Shown here: piece after piece, positions 47,101 to 55,548 of the stretch
How the letters are laid out: each line of letters starts with the position of its first letter
How positions within the stretch are numbered: the first letter of the stretch is position 1
Virus record (IMG/VR): IMGVR_UViG_3300032305_000763
Coordinates: 1-56,580 of that record
Source: a virus
Lineage: Duplodnaviria; Caudoviricetes
Direction: 5' to 3' (one strand)
DNA length: 56,580 nt
Notes under the pieces: model-generated
The model's input: the letters and a program-made list of their open reading frames with translations, nothing else
The model's database searches: none
Told to the model about the DNA's origin: nothing
Translations under genes and position numbers: made by a program

Positions 47101-48482
47101 TAGGAAGTACAACATATTATCAAACTTCTGGAAGTCAGCCAGATCAAAATGTAAATATTGGTGGTGGCTCAGGAGGTCTTGCAGTATTGCTTAATCCAGA
47201 AACAAATAATGGATACTACTTTGAGATTATTGCATTAACTGAAGATAACGTTAATTCATACTTAAAATTAAATACAAAAGGTCAGGCTGAAAAATCTATA
47301 AACAATGTAGTTTTTTATAAAGTTAAAAAAGATGCTGCAAATAATAATGCCATCCCCGTTAAACTTTGGGGAGGTCTTTCAAAAATTCTTGTAGATGATG
47401 GAAGATTTACTGGTCAATATAGAATGGCTGGAGAAGACAATCCAACAGTATATGATTTGTCTGTAGAGTATCAGGACATTGGAAAAACTAGAAGATTCTT
47501 TTTATATATTAACAATAAGTTAATTAAGATTGTTGACGATACAGATCCACTGCCAATTTATAACAACATGGCTTTATTTACTCGTGGTTCATCAAGATGT
47601 ATGTTTGAAAATATATATGCTTTATCAGAAAACTACTCACAAAATAGTGTGTTTACTGTTGGAGATACTCTAGCCTCTTCATTATCAGAGGGCAAGATTA
47701 ACGCAAATGAATCATTTAGAAAATATGCTATGAGTGGTATTGTTCAGTCTACTTATCTATCTGGAATTAGTGCACAAGAACCACCAAAATATAACATGTA
47801 TTTTGAAGAGTTTGGCTCAATCATGCGTGAATGTGCTTACTTTAATGTAAAGTATGATCGTGCATACCCAGCATTATATGCACAACTATCACCAACATTT
47901 AATAGAATTAAAGGATATACAACATCTGGATTCCAAGCAGATTCATACGGGGCAGAGTTCTTAATATTTAATGCTACAGATAAAGCCTTAAGTCTTGATG
48001 AAACAACTGGAAACTTTTTAAGAATTCAGGGTATTACTTTTACTCAAGATACAACACACGAATTAACAGTTGATGAATATTTTAAAAAGCGTGGCAACCT
48101 TTCAGATCCAGAGTTTAAAGGAGATACATTGGTATACTCTCCTCTAGTCGAAAAGGCTAAGTATGATGAAATAAGACAAAGCCGAATGATTTACGGCAAG
48201 AATGATTTTACAATTGATAGTATTTATATTCAAACACCAGATGATGCTGAAGCATTGATGGGGTGGATCATCAATAAAATTATGCATCCTAAAAAATCTA
48301 TTGGAGTTAACCTATTCTCTATTCCAACACTACAACTTGGAGACATAGTTACAATTGATTATAAGGATTCTACTGGATTAGAACTTGTTGCATCCGATAC
48401 AAGTAGATTTGTAGTATATAATATTGAGTATTCAAGAGGAAATGATGGACCAAACATGACTGCATATTTGAGCGAGGTGTAA
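44172..48482 (+). CDS. Large tail tip/baseplate hub protein, 1436 aa
   Basis: L..LA.ATQ..MFFDE..N, P.LQLGD.VTI, F.V..I; synteny. Confidence 0.75.
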   Translation: MFVNEALKTHLETSATVKLQSLILAEWNMNMPDNIYKLGNYRYRPTDTSSQYFTLPNDFDQLDSGNYFTGATDADVVVDGGFTNADVPQLFTSTKDKMKMIYSLEDCLKPFRPRSGINKPLYFNNKFLANSGASMAQRPRYYMPSRYDEFKYWTSYRTENNVERGIAKNISNDLYYIDDAVPFVVYKENVPTNRIVVKMQTNVGDVDLGPFATSSTPIADPLFGTTNKTTPARWKIQYLKDNGWIDAYSFRETDTRSSGDPIIDTDGYVELEYGLKIPEEYQSSFIFAETLSSDTLLPEASIEGYAYLIIENEGDRGTFHIWTNGAYATFTPEYGWKLGAEEVANNTNFVTDLTSPDSFDNDIEGGIVYREFEYVRGIRIVVDTMNKFDSTFDLIEMSPRLVVDISDKAIDFKITKTLSDIGITSLPVGQLLASNGEISLFDDDQAFNDQNSSSIVANYVRKNIKFNFYEVILDIDGFDYYVPIKTLYSEGFPQADVTAGTISIQLRDFFFFLESMPAPRLLTTQTSLSYAITTLLDYIGFTNYVFRRVTGESDPIIPYFFVAPDQNVAQVLNQLALATQTAMFFDEYNNFIVMSKDYLMPTEAQRETDFVFSGSNNQTDSGVTENATSGNLPNILSIASKDKKIYNDGKINYTTRYIQRSTGSLKQSSMIDQNKTWIYKPSLLWEVSGTDNTKTINEIASKQGSYVLGAMPLNSLIPPTAPTVINHAITNNVLDLGENIYWLTRYNGYLYSNGEIIRYDAAEFNVTGTGNVWISSNQEYQRYFASIPFNGKIYPTGLVRIYSIPYYETVDGITRLQNGAVVEHGRGQFGTTITTHTAGINDYWSNNNYVRGCNMQAGYMFTTRLDEDVTYPATTVGAAGVDNVTARQTTRNGIIKNFMATNYLTETQTNNLKSTETGTIQSSALVMNGPSFKTTDTPLNFVSYVYKELNSAYKHFGTRVRIVGKVENNTSRTQTPIGSTTYYQTSGSQPDQNVNIGGGSGGLAVLLNPETNNGYYFEIIALTEDNVNSYLKLNTKGQAEKSINNVVFYKVKKDAANNNAIPVKLWGGLSKILVDDGRFTGQYRMAGEDNPTVYDLSVEYQDIGKTRRFFLYINNKLIKIVDDTDPLPIYNNMALFTRGSSRCMFENIYALSENYSQNSVFTVGDTLASSLSEGKINANESFRKYAMSGIVQSTYLSGISAQEPPKYNMYFEEFGSIMRECAYFNVKYDRAYPALYAQLSPTFNRIKGYTTSGFQADSYGAEFLIFNATDKALSLDETTGNFLRIQGITFTQDTTHELTVDEYFKKRGNLSDPEFKGDTLVYSPLVEKAKYDEIRQSRMIYGKNDFTIDSIYIQTPDDAEALMGWIINKIMHPKKSIGVNLFSIPTLQLGDIVTIDYKDSTGLELVASDTSRFVVYNIEYSRGNDGPNMTAYLSEV

Positions 48483-48483
48483 T

Positions 48484-49449
48484 ATGGGTGCTTATGATGA
48501 TGGAGCATTTACCCAAGCCATTAATGCTGCCAAGGCTGCTGGAATTCCAACACAAAGCGCAGCAAAGGCTGCACCTATTAAAGTAACTGTTGAAAAAGGA
48601 GATACCTTATCTTCTATTGCAAAAGAAAATAATACTACAGTAAAAGCAATTCTTGCAGCAAATCCAAAATTTACTGAAGATGCTAAATATAAAAATGGAA
48701 ATATGATATGGTCTGGGACAACTGTAAAGATTCCACCTAAAGTTTCAACACCACCTAAGACTCCTATAGTTAAAACTCCAGAGACACCATTAGTACCAGC
48801 AACAACATCTGATGCAACAACATCTGATACGACTACATCAAGTTCTACAACAAGCAGCACAGATACGTCAACAACTACTACTACAACTACGACTACGACG
48901 ACTACTACAACTGATACAGGATCATCCTGGGGTGGTAACACAAATTCAACGCCATTAACTCCAGCAGATATAACTACAGCATCTGTTGCTGCAGCACTAC
49001 CTCCACCACCACCTGTTAAGACAGCACCAATAGATACTGTTTTGTTTAATAGTGATGAACTTCCTATTGAGGTTATGACAGATCTAATATTTGAAAATAT
49101 TGGTGGGCATGAGTTAATAAATATTGCTCGTAATGATATTATAAATGGTCAACAAGTTTCATACCAGCCAATTAAAAATCTATCATCTATTCAGCAACAA
49201 TACAACCCTAATAATATAGTTAGTCTTCAGTCTACATCAGATAAATATTTTGCTAATTTTCCAATCAAACTAGAGAATAAAATTCCTAACCCTGGAACTG
49301 GTCCAAATAATCGTTACGTATACCTTGATCCTAATAATGGAAACCTTGTTATTGAGGCTGTTAATTTAGAGATTGATGAACAGATTGAGGTAGAAGTGAC
49401 GGTAAGTGGTACAATATATGAAGCGGAATTTGGAGAAATAGTCTCATGA
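48484..49449 (+). CDS. LysM-domain tail protein with Thr/Ser/Pro-rich linker
   Basis: V.KGDTLSSIA.....TV..I..AN......I..G..VKIP; poly-Thr. Confidence 0.85.
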   Translation: MGAYDDGAFTQAINAAKAAGIPTQSAAKAAPIKVTVEKGDTLSSIAKENNTTVKAILAANPKFTEDAKYKNGNMIWSGTTVKIPPKVSTPPKTPIVKTPETPLVPATTSDATTSDTTTSSSTTSSTDTSTTTTTTTTTTTTTTDTGSSWGGNTNSTPLTPADITTASVAAALPPPPPVKTAPIDTVLFNSDELPIEVMTDLIFENIGGHELINIARNDIINGQQVSYQPIKNLSSIQQQYNPNNIVSLQSTSDKYFANFPIKLENKIPNPGTGPNNRYVYLDPNNGNLVIEAVNLEIDEQIEVEVTVSGTIYEAEFGEIVS

Positions 49450-50615
49450 TAACCAACACAGGTAAAAGCATTATAGGTAAATATATGCTTGGTCAGGCTC
49501 CTGCCTATGCATCATTTATTGCTGTAGGCTGTGGTCCTACCCCACTTGATACACCAGATACACCAGGAGATTTTTCTACAAAAGAAGCACTAGATTTTGA
49601 AATGTTTAGAGTTCCAATCTCTTCTAGAGGGTTTGTTAACGAATCAGGAGTAAATAAAATTGTCCTTACAGCAGAACTGCCAACAGAAGAAAGATATGAA
49701 ATAACAGAAATTGGCTTATACTCAGCAGGATCTAACCCATCTGCTGGAGCATATGATAGCAAAACTGTTTTTGCATTCACCACTGCTGAAAACTGGCAGC
49801 ATCATACTTCTAGTGCAGCAACGGCAATAACGTCATATTCATCACCACTTGATGATCCAGAAGATGATAATGTTATAGCAGTTGCAGATGCTGTATTTCA
49901 AACAAATGCTGATAACTCTATATTTTATAAAACAAACCGTGCATCTAGATATGAAAGATGTAGATTTTTAAATAACACAATTTTTATTCAGGGAGACGAT
50001 TCTGATTTAACTATTAGTCAAGATAGTGGTCCAACAGAAGATCACTTTGTTGTTGAGGCTGGCTCAAACCATATACACTTAACAGGAGCAGCCGTTGACT
50101 TTACAAGAAACTCACCAATAGATGAATTAAAGTTAGCATTTTCCTTAGTAAATAAGAATGGAGATTCTAACGCAATTCCAGAAACAGTTAGAGTTCTTAT
50201 TGATTTTTCATCAACCGATGATGGCTCTGGAGAATATGCTAGATTTGAAGCAGAGATAAATCATGGTACATCTGGAAACCCAGATCTAGTTCAAGATTTT
50301 GAAACTAATAGATATTTTGTAATAACAAAACAACTACAAGAACTTTATACAAGTGCTAACTTTACTTGGAATGCTGTAACTGTTGTTAAAATTTATGCAT
50401 GTGTGCTTGCTGAAGATAGTGGACCATCACCAATGCCATCATCAAATTATTATATTGCTTTAGATGCTCTTAGACTAGAAAATGTTGCAACCGTTAACCC
50501 TTTATATGGTATGACTGGATACTCAATTATTAAAACAGATGGTGCTGAAACAATTGTTAAATCACCAAACACAAGTAATTATATTGAATTTAGATTTTCA
50601 GTCGGAGTTACATAA
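49446..50615 (+). CDS. Putative baseplate/tail protein
   Basis: MITNTGK, IAVGCG, L.FE.FRVPI, ITEIGLY. Confidence 0.7.
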   Translation: MITNTGKSIIGKYMLGQAPAYASFIAVGCGPTPLDTPDTPGDFSTKEALDFEMFRVPISSRGFVNESGVNKIVLTAELPTEERYEITEIGLYSAGSNPSAGAYDSKTVFAFTTAENWQHHTSSAATAITSYSSPLDDPEDDNVIAVADAVFQTNADNSIFYKTNRASRYERCRFLNNTIFIQGDDSDLTISQDSGPTEDHFVVEAGSNHIHLTGAAVDFTRNSPIDELKLAFSLVNKNGDSNAIPETVRVLIDFSSTDDGSGEYARFEAEINHGTSGNPDLVQDFETNRYFVITKQLQELYTSANFTWNAVTVVKIYACVLAEDSGPSPMPSSNYYIALDALRLENVATVNPLYGMTGYSIIKTDGAETIVKSPNTSNYIEFRFSVGVT

Positions 50616-51031
50616 TGGCTGTAAAAAAAGCAATTATTCAAAAAGAATCTTTGCCTCCAATTGATTCTGAAAGTGCGGGATATGTAGTAAGATATAGAAT
50701 CATATCTGAAGATAAAAACAGAACATCACACTGGTCTCCAATATTTGTTACAAATTCTGTAGCAGTTGAGTCAGTGAATGGGGCTTTGTCAATTACAGAA
50801 ACAATTATTACTGCAGTATGGGGTGATGAATTAAATAGACCATCTTATGATGTCTTTGTTAAATTTGACTCAGGAAGTTTTGCCTATCATGGAACATCAA
50901 CAGTTCATAGTTATTCATTTTTAAATACAGGAACTACATCTGTTCACGTTAAGGTGCAGATAGCATCTTCAATAAAAGAAGTAAAAGCAGGACTAGTTAT
51001 CTTTGACTCAGGCTTAGAGTCTTTGGTATAA
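50615..51031 (+). CDS. Putative tail protein (FN3-like)
   Basis: YVVRYRI......R.S.WS. Confidence 0.6.
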   Translation: MAVKKAIIQKESLPPIDSESAGYVVRYRIISEDKNRTSHWSPIFVTNSVAVESVNGALSITETIITAVWGDELNRPSYDVFVKFDSGSFAYHGTSTVHSYSFLNTGTTSVHVKVQIASSIKEVKAGLVIFDSGLESLV

Positions 51032-51048
51032 TTAAGTAGGAGGAATAC

Positions 51049-51492
51049 ATGGCTAAAGTACCGCTACCAGAACGAGGACAACCACTAGATGTTACATACA
51101 TCTATCAGTTGGCTGATACTATTAATGATCTGTCAACTCAGGTTTCATCAGCAACCTATAACTATACAACTGTAGATACAGTTAGTGCAGGAAAACAAAG
51201 CGTTAAAACTTCTGAGGCTAGAATGATTGGTGGATATGTTGAAATTGCAAACAACTCAACAGTATCTGCTGGAAACGAAAAAACATTTTCATATGACTTT
51301 CCAAGCGACTTTAAGTATCAACCAATAGCAACTGCTACCTTGGTTAACGTTGGAAATACTCCTGCTGGTCAAAATGCAAATGTTATTTTAAAGGTAGTTA
51401 CAACATCTAGAGTAGAAGGAATCGTAAGGTTCGGTGCTTCTGGAGATCTATCTTTAGCAGTTAATTTAATTATTCTTGGCATACCAAACTAA
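51049..51492 (+). CDS. Putative tail/fibre protein
   Basis: P.RGQPLD, F...F...P...AT, V..I..G C-terminus. Confidence 0.65.
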   Translation: MAKVPLPERGQPLDVTYIYQLADTINDLSTQVSSATYNYTTVDTVSAGKQSVKTSEARMIGGYVEIANNSTVSAGNEKTFSYDFPSDFKYQPIATATLVNVGNTPAGQNANVILKVVTTSRVEGIVRFGASGDLSLAVNLIILGIPN

Positions 51493-51507
51493 CATTAAGG
51501 GTGGGAA

Positions 51508-51699
51508 ATGGTTTTTTGCAAAAAATGCAAAGGTCGTATGTTTGTTGATAGACAATACAGTACGGTTGATCACATGGAAATATTTTGTATGTCTTGTGGA
51601 GAAAGAAAATTTTTTCACCCTCCTTCAGAAAGTGAGCAAGGTAGATGGATACTGCAAAAGGAAAAATCCAGAGCCAACAGTACAATAACGACCCTGTAA
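51508..51699 (+). CDS. Zinc-ribbon protein
   Basis: CKKCKG...CMSCG. Confidence 0.75.
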   Translation: MVFCKKCKGRMFVDRQYSTVDHMEIFCMSCGERKFFHPPSESEQGRWILQKEKSRANSTITTL

Positions 51700-52187
51700 T
51701 AAAAGGAAATCAAAAAGTTTGGTTTCTTAATGGGGATCTTGTAAGGTTGTATCATAGTTCACGTTCTACTGGGATGGTTACAGTTTATAACATTAACAAA
51801 GATAGAATAGAAACATGCCTAAGATCTGACTTTAGAAAAAATAGACAACGAGCATATACAGTTGCTGAGACTGCTAAATTAATTAATCGTCATAGGAAAT
51901 ACATGCCAAGTTTAATTAAACGAGGAGTGATTCCAAGACCAGTTGGTTCTAGCATTGATGGTAAAACTGGATTTCAGATTAGATCCTATTACTCAGAAGA
52001 TCACGTTAGAGAGATTCGTGCTATACTTGCAAGTATACATATAGGACAACCAAGAAAAGATGGACTAATAACAAATAATAGTACGCCCACAAGCCAGGAG
52101 TTGACAAGGCGAATGGGAGACGGTATACTTACATATACGAAGACTGAAGATGGAAGATTTATTCCTGTTTGGTCTGAAAGTATTTAA
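51645..52187 (+). CDS. MerR/Xis-like HTH DNA-binding protein
   Basis: YTVAETAKLINRH......I..G.IP.P...R.YYSEDHV. Confidence 0.7.
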   Translation: MDTAKGKIQSQQYNNDPVIKGNQKVWFLNGDLVRLYHSSRSTGMVTVYNINKDRIETCLRSDFRKNRQRAYTVAETAKLINRHRKYMPSLIKRGVIPRPVGSSIDGKTGFQIRSYYSEDHVREIRAILASIHIGQPRKDGLITNNSTPTSQELTRRMGDGILTYTKTEDGRFIPVWSESI

Positions 52188-52208
52188 AACTATGAAATGG
52201 GTGGGGTA

Positions 52209-52418
52209 ATGGAAAATAATTCAACAAAGGTAAATGTAACTCTAGGCTATACGCTAAACCTTGGAAATTTTCAATCTCTAAGGCTGGACCTTGGAGTTAT
52301 TGATAATAAGCGTGAGGATGAGACTACAGATCAAGCATTTGAACGTGTTTATAAATTTGTAGAAGATAAACTCACTGAGAAGATTAAAGAAGCACAAGAA
52401 GAGGCTGCCGAAGCATAA
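52209..52418 (+). CDS. Small conserved-looking hypothetical protein, start revised to MENNST
   Basis: V.VTLGYTLNLGNFQSLR.D. Confidence 0.75.
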   Translation: MENNSTKVNVTLGYTLNLGNFQSLRLDLGVIDNKREDETTDQAFERVYKFVEDKLTEKIKEAQEEAAEA

Positions 52419-52726
52419 TGCCTGAACGCAAAGACCGCATGGCTTTGCTTAGTAGGTATAGTAAATTACATACAGCAAAGTATGAGCAAAAGCCATCTTT
52501 AAACTTAAACGTAGAACAATGGGCTTCCGATGCTTTAATAGAATCTTATGGTATTAGCAATTGTTACGAACTTCTTGAGTATTACTTTAGTGTTGCACAA
52601 GAACCTAGTTGGAATTATTTTGCATATAATGCAGAAAAAATTATTAATGGAAAAAAAGATTATGAGTTAGATTTGCAAGAGCGCAAAGAGCGCAGAGCAA
52701 TGGCGAGGAAGTGGCTTAGTGAATAA
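52418..52726 (+). CDS. Hypothetical protein (possible helicase loader)
   Basis: Coupled directly to the helicase gene; function inferred from position only. Confidence 0.65.
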   Translation: MPERKDRMALLSRYSKLHTAKYEQKPSLNLNVEQWASDALIESYGISNCYELLEYYFSVAQEPSWNYFAYNAEKIINGKKDYELDLQERKERRAMARKWLSE

Positions 52727-53942
52727 TACAGAAGCAAGAGTAATATCAGCGCTACTTGAAGATAAACAAATGCATGTTTTGCTGCAGGCAAATGTTGAGA
52801 ATCTTCTTAGAACTCATAATGATATCTGGAATTTTATACGTCTATACTTTGAAAACAATGGACGTGTTCCACCAGTATCTTTGGTTGTAGAAAAGTTCAG
52901 AGACTTTGAACCAGTTGCTGGTATTGGTGCAACAAAGCATCATCTTGAAGAATTACAAACTGAGTATTTAAACGATAGTCTAAAGGATATATTAAGATCT
53001 GCAGCAGGTGAAGTTCAGGGTGGCGAAGGAACAAAAGCCCTTGATGAATTGATAACTAAGACTTCTGAATTAAAGAAGAATACCTCTGCTATACGTGATA
53101 TTGATGCAACTGACCTAGATTCTGCAATAGCATACTATGAGAATGTACAAAAACAAAAAGAGAATGGTCAACTTGGAATTAAAACTAACTTGCCAGGTTT
53201 TGATAATTACTTACCTTCTGGAATTATGCCAGGTCAACTAGGAGTCTTTCTTGCCTATCCTGGAATTGGTAAGTCTTGGATGGCTCTTTATTTTGCTGTT
53301 CAAGCATGGAAACAAGGAAAGTCTCCACTAGTTATTTCTCTTGAAATGTCTGAGACAGAAGTTCGTAATAGAGTTTTTGCAATTATGGGTGAGGGCGTTT
53401 GGTCACATAGAAAACTTAGCAACGGAGAAGTTGAATTAGATATGCTAAAGAATTGGCATAAGAATAAAGTAGAAGGCAGACCAGAGTTTCACATTATTTC
53501 AAACGATAATGGCGGTGAAGTAACCCCATCTGTTATTCGTGGAAAGATTGATCAATACAAGCCAGACTTTGTTATTGTAGACTACTTGCAACTTATGAGT
53601 CCAAACCAAAAGTCAGATAATGAAACGGTACGAATGAAAAACCTTTCACGAGAACTTAAACTTATGGCTATTAGCGAAGAGGTTCCTATCATTGCTATCT
53701 CATCTGCAACACCAGATGATGTTAAAGATCTTAGCAGCGCACCTACACTAGGTCAAACTGCATGGTCTAGACAGATTGCTTATGATGCTGACTGGGTAAT
53801 GGCACTTGGTCGTGCTAGCAATAGTGACATTATTGAATGCGTATTTAGAAAAAATCGTAATGGATTTATGGGTGATTTTTTAGTGCAAGTAGATTTTGAT
53901 AAAGGATACTATCGTTACAAAGACTATGAAGATGGCAAGTAA
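52719..53942 (+). CDS. dnaB: DnaB-like replicative helicase
   Basis: Walker A AYPGIGKS, SLEMS, IVDYLQLM, SRELK, I..DAD, KNRNG. Confidence 0.95.
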   Translation: MNNTEARVISALLEDKQMHVLLQANVENLLRTHNDIWNFIRLYFENNGRVPPVSLVVEKFRDFEPVAGIGATKHHLEELQTEYLNDSLKDILRSAAGEVQGGEGTKALDELITKTSELKKNTSAIRDIDATDLDSAIAYYENVQKQKENGQLGIKTNLPGFDNYLPSGIMPGQLGVFLAYPGIGKSWMALYFAVQAWKQGKSPLVISLEMSETEVRNRVFAIMGEGVWSHRKLSNGEVELDMLKNWHKNKVEGRPEFHIISNDNGGEVTPSVIRGKIDQYKPDFVIVDYLQLMSPNQKSDNETVRMKNLSRELKLMAISEEVPIIAISSATPDDVKDLSSAPTLGQTAWSRQIAYDADWVMALGRASNSDIIECVFRKNRNGFMGDFLVQVDFDKGYYRYKDYEDGK

Positions 53943-54864
53943 TATGACTGATATATACACAGAAGATCAAATTAGAAAAGTCTTAAATGGAGTTGGCGTA
54001 GATGTTGAGGCTGAGTTTGGCAATGAGTTAATTGTCTATTGTCCTTATCACAATAACAGCAGAACACCAGCAGGTGAAATATCTAAAGAGCATGGAAGAT
54101 TTTTCTGTTTTGGTTGCCAAATTACAAAAGGTTTAGATGAATTTGTTATGACAGTATCTAATAGAACATACTTTGAGGCAGTTAGATATATTCGCAGCAA
54201 GGGACAAGAAACAGACTTAACAAGTGTAATTAATAAAACACTTTATAGTCCACCAGACTTTGTTCAATATGACGAGTTATTAATTAAAAGATTAAACAAC
54301 CAGGCTATGGAATCACCAAGAGCCGTCAGATATTTTGAAGGCAGAAAGATTACAAAAGATTCTATGATTAAGTTTGCACTTGGATATTCTGAAAAGCAAG
54401 ATTCAGTTACTGTCCCAATGCACAATCACGAAAGCATGTGTCTTGGTTTTGTTGCTAGAACAATTGAAGGCAAGGACTTTAAAAATACACCAGGATTACC
54501 TAAAAGTAAAATTTTGTTTAATCTAAATAGAATTAAAGCATCAAGCATAGTATATGTAGTTGAATCATCTTTTGATGCAATTCGACTAGATCAAATAGGT
54601 TTCCCAGCAGTTGCAACTCTGGGTGCTAATGTGTCTGTATCACAGATCAGACTATTAGAGAAGTACTTCAACAACGTTGTACTAATAGCAGACAACGATG
54701 AAGCAGGAGTTATCATGACTGAGAAGTTAATTGAAAAACTTGGGTCAAGGGTAACTGTTATTCATCTAGACAAAAAATATAAAGATATAGGTGATATGGA
54801 TGATGAGTCAATAAGAAAACTTGAATTTCAGTTTGACAATTCTATATCGTCTATGCTAAACTAA
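53932..54864 (+). CDS. dnaG: DNA primase (CHC2 Zn finger + TOPRIM)
   Basis: CPYH...TP......FFCFGC; VVESSFDA; DNDEAG; KDIGD; start could be 53932 or 53944. Confidence 0.92.
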   Translation: MASNMTDIYTEDQIRKVLNGVGVDVEAEFGNELIVYCPYHNNSRTPAGEISKEHGRFFCFGCQITKGLDEFVMTVSNRTYFEAVRYIRSKGQETDLTSVINKTLYSPPDFVQYDELLIKRLNNQAMESPRAVRYFEGRKITKDSMIKFALGYSEKQDSVTVPMHNHESMCLGFVARTIEGKDFKNTPGLPKSKILFNLNRIKASSIVYVVESSFDAIRLDQIGFPAVATLGANVSVSQIRLLEKYFNNVVLIADNDEAGVIMTEKLIEKLGSRVTVIHLDKKYKDIGDMDDESIRKLEFQFDNSISSMLN

Positions 54865-54888
54865 ATATAACAAACAAAGGAGAAATAT

Positions 54889-55545
54889 ATGAGCGTAGTA
54901 AAGGGACTCAAAAATATTAATGCCCTGCTCGACAAGCCAAAGTATGATGAAAACTCACCAAAGGTAAAGTGGTTAAAACTTGCCGACGGTCAATCAGTAA
55001 AAATTCGTTTCATTGAGGAACTAGATGAAGACTCTGCAAACTATAATGCAGAACGTGGTCTTGCTCTAGTTGTTAAAGAACACACAAATCCAAAAGACTA
55101 TAAGCGTAAGGCTGTAGACACTATGGAATCAGAAGGTCGTGACTGGGCAGAAGAAATGCATCGCAAGGATCCAAAGGCTGGCTGGAGAGGTCGCCTTCGT
55201 TTCTATTGCAACGTCTTGGTAGATGATGGCATTGAAGCACCTTATGTTGCAATCTGGTCTATGGGTGTTAGCAAGCAATCTGCATTTAATACAATTCGTG
55301 AGTATGCTCTTGAAACAGGAAGCATCTCAAATGTAACTTGGAAAGTAAAGCGTAATGGTCAGGGAACTGAAACATCTTACACAACTATTCCAGGTGCACC
55401 AGACACAGAGCCATTTAACTGGGGAGATATCAAGCCTTATCCTCTTGAGTTAGCATTAAAAAATATTCCTTATGCTGAACAAGAAGCATTCTATCTAGGC
55501 TTTGACGGTCCATCAACTTCTTCTGCTACCAATATCGACTGGTAG
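54889..55545 (+). CDS. Single-stranded DNA-binding protein (T4 gp32-like)
   Basis: WLKL.DG....IRF, R.YCNV, K.KR.G.G..T.Y, acidic-aromatic C-terminus IDW. Confidence 0.75.
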   Translation: MSVVKGLKNINALLDKPKYDENSPKVKWLKLADGQSVKIRFIEELDEDSANYNAERGLALVVKEHTNPKDYKRKAVDTMESEGRDWAEEMHRKDPKAGWRGRLRFYCNVLVDDGIEAPYVAIWSMGVSKQSAFNTIREYALETGSISNVTWKVKRNGQGTETSYTTIPGAPDTEPFNWGDIKPYPLELALKNIPYAEQEAFYLGFDGPSTSSATNIDW

Positions 55546-55548
55546 TAG

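Noticed and set aside
4105-49783. Numerous antisense and alternate-frame ORFs in the track (e.g. 10417-10893, 11665-11991, 13427-13765, 17482-18021, 29125-29574, 48492-48941)
   Set aside because: Shadows of low-complexity Gly/Thr/Ala-rich genes, with no RBS or promoter and fully overlapping better genes.
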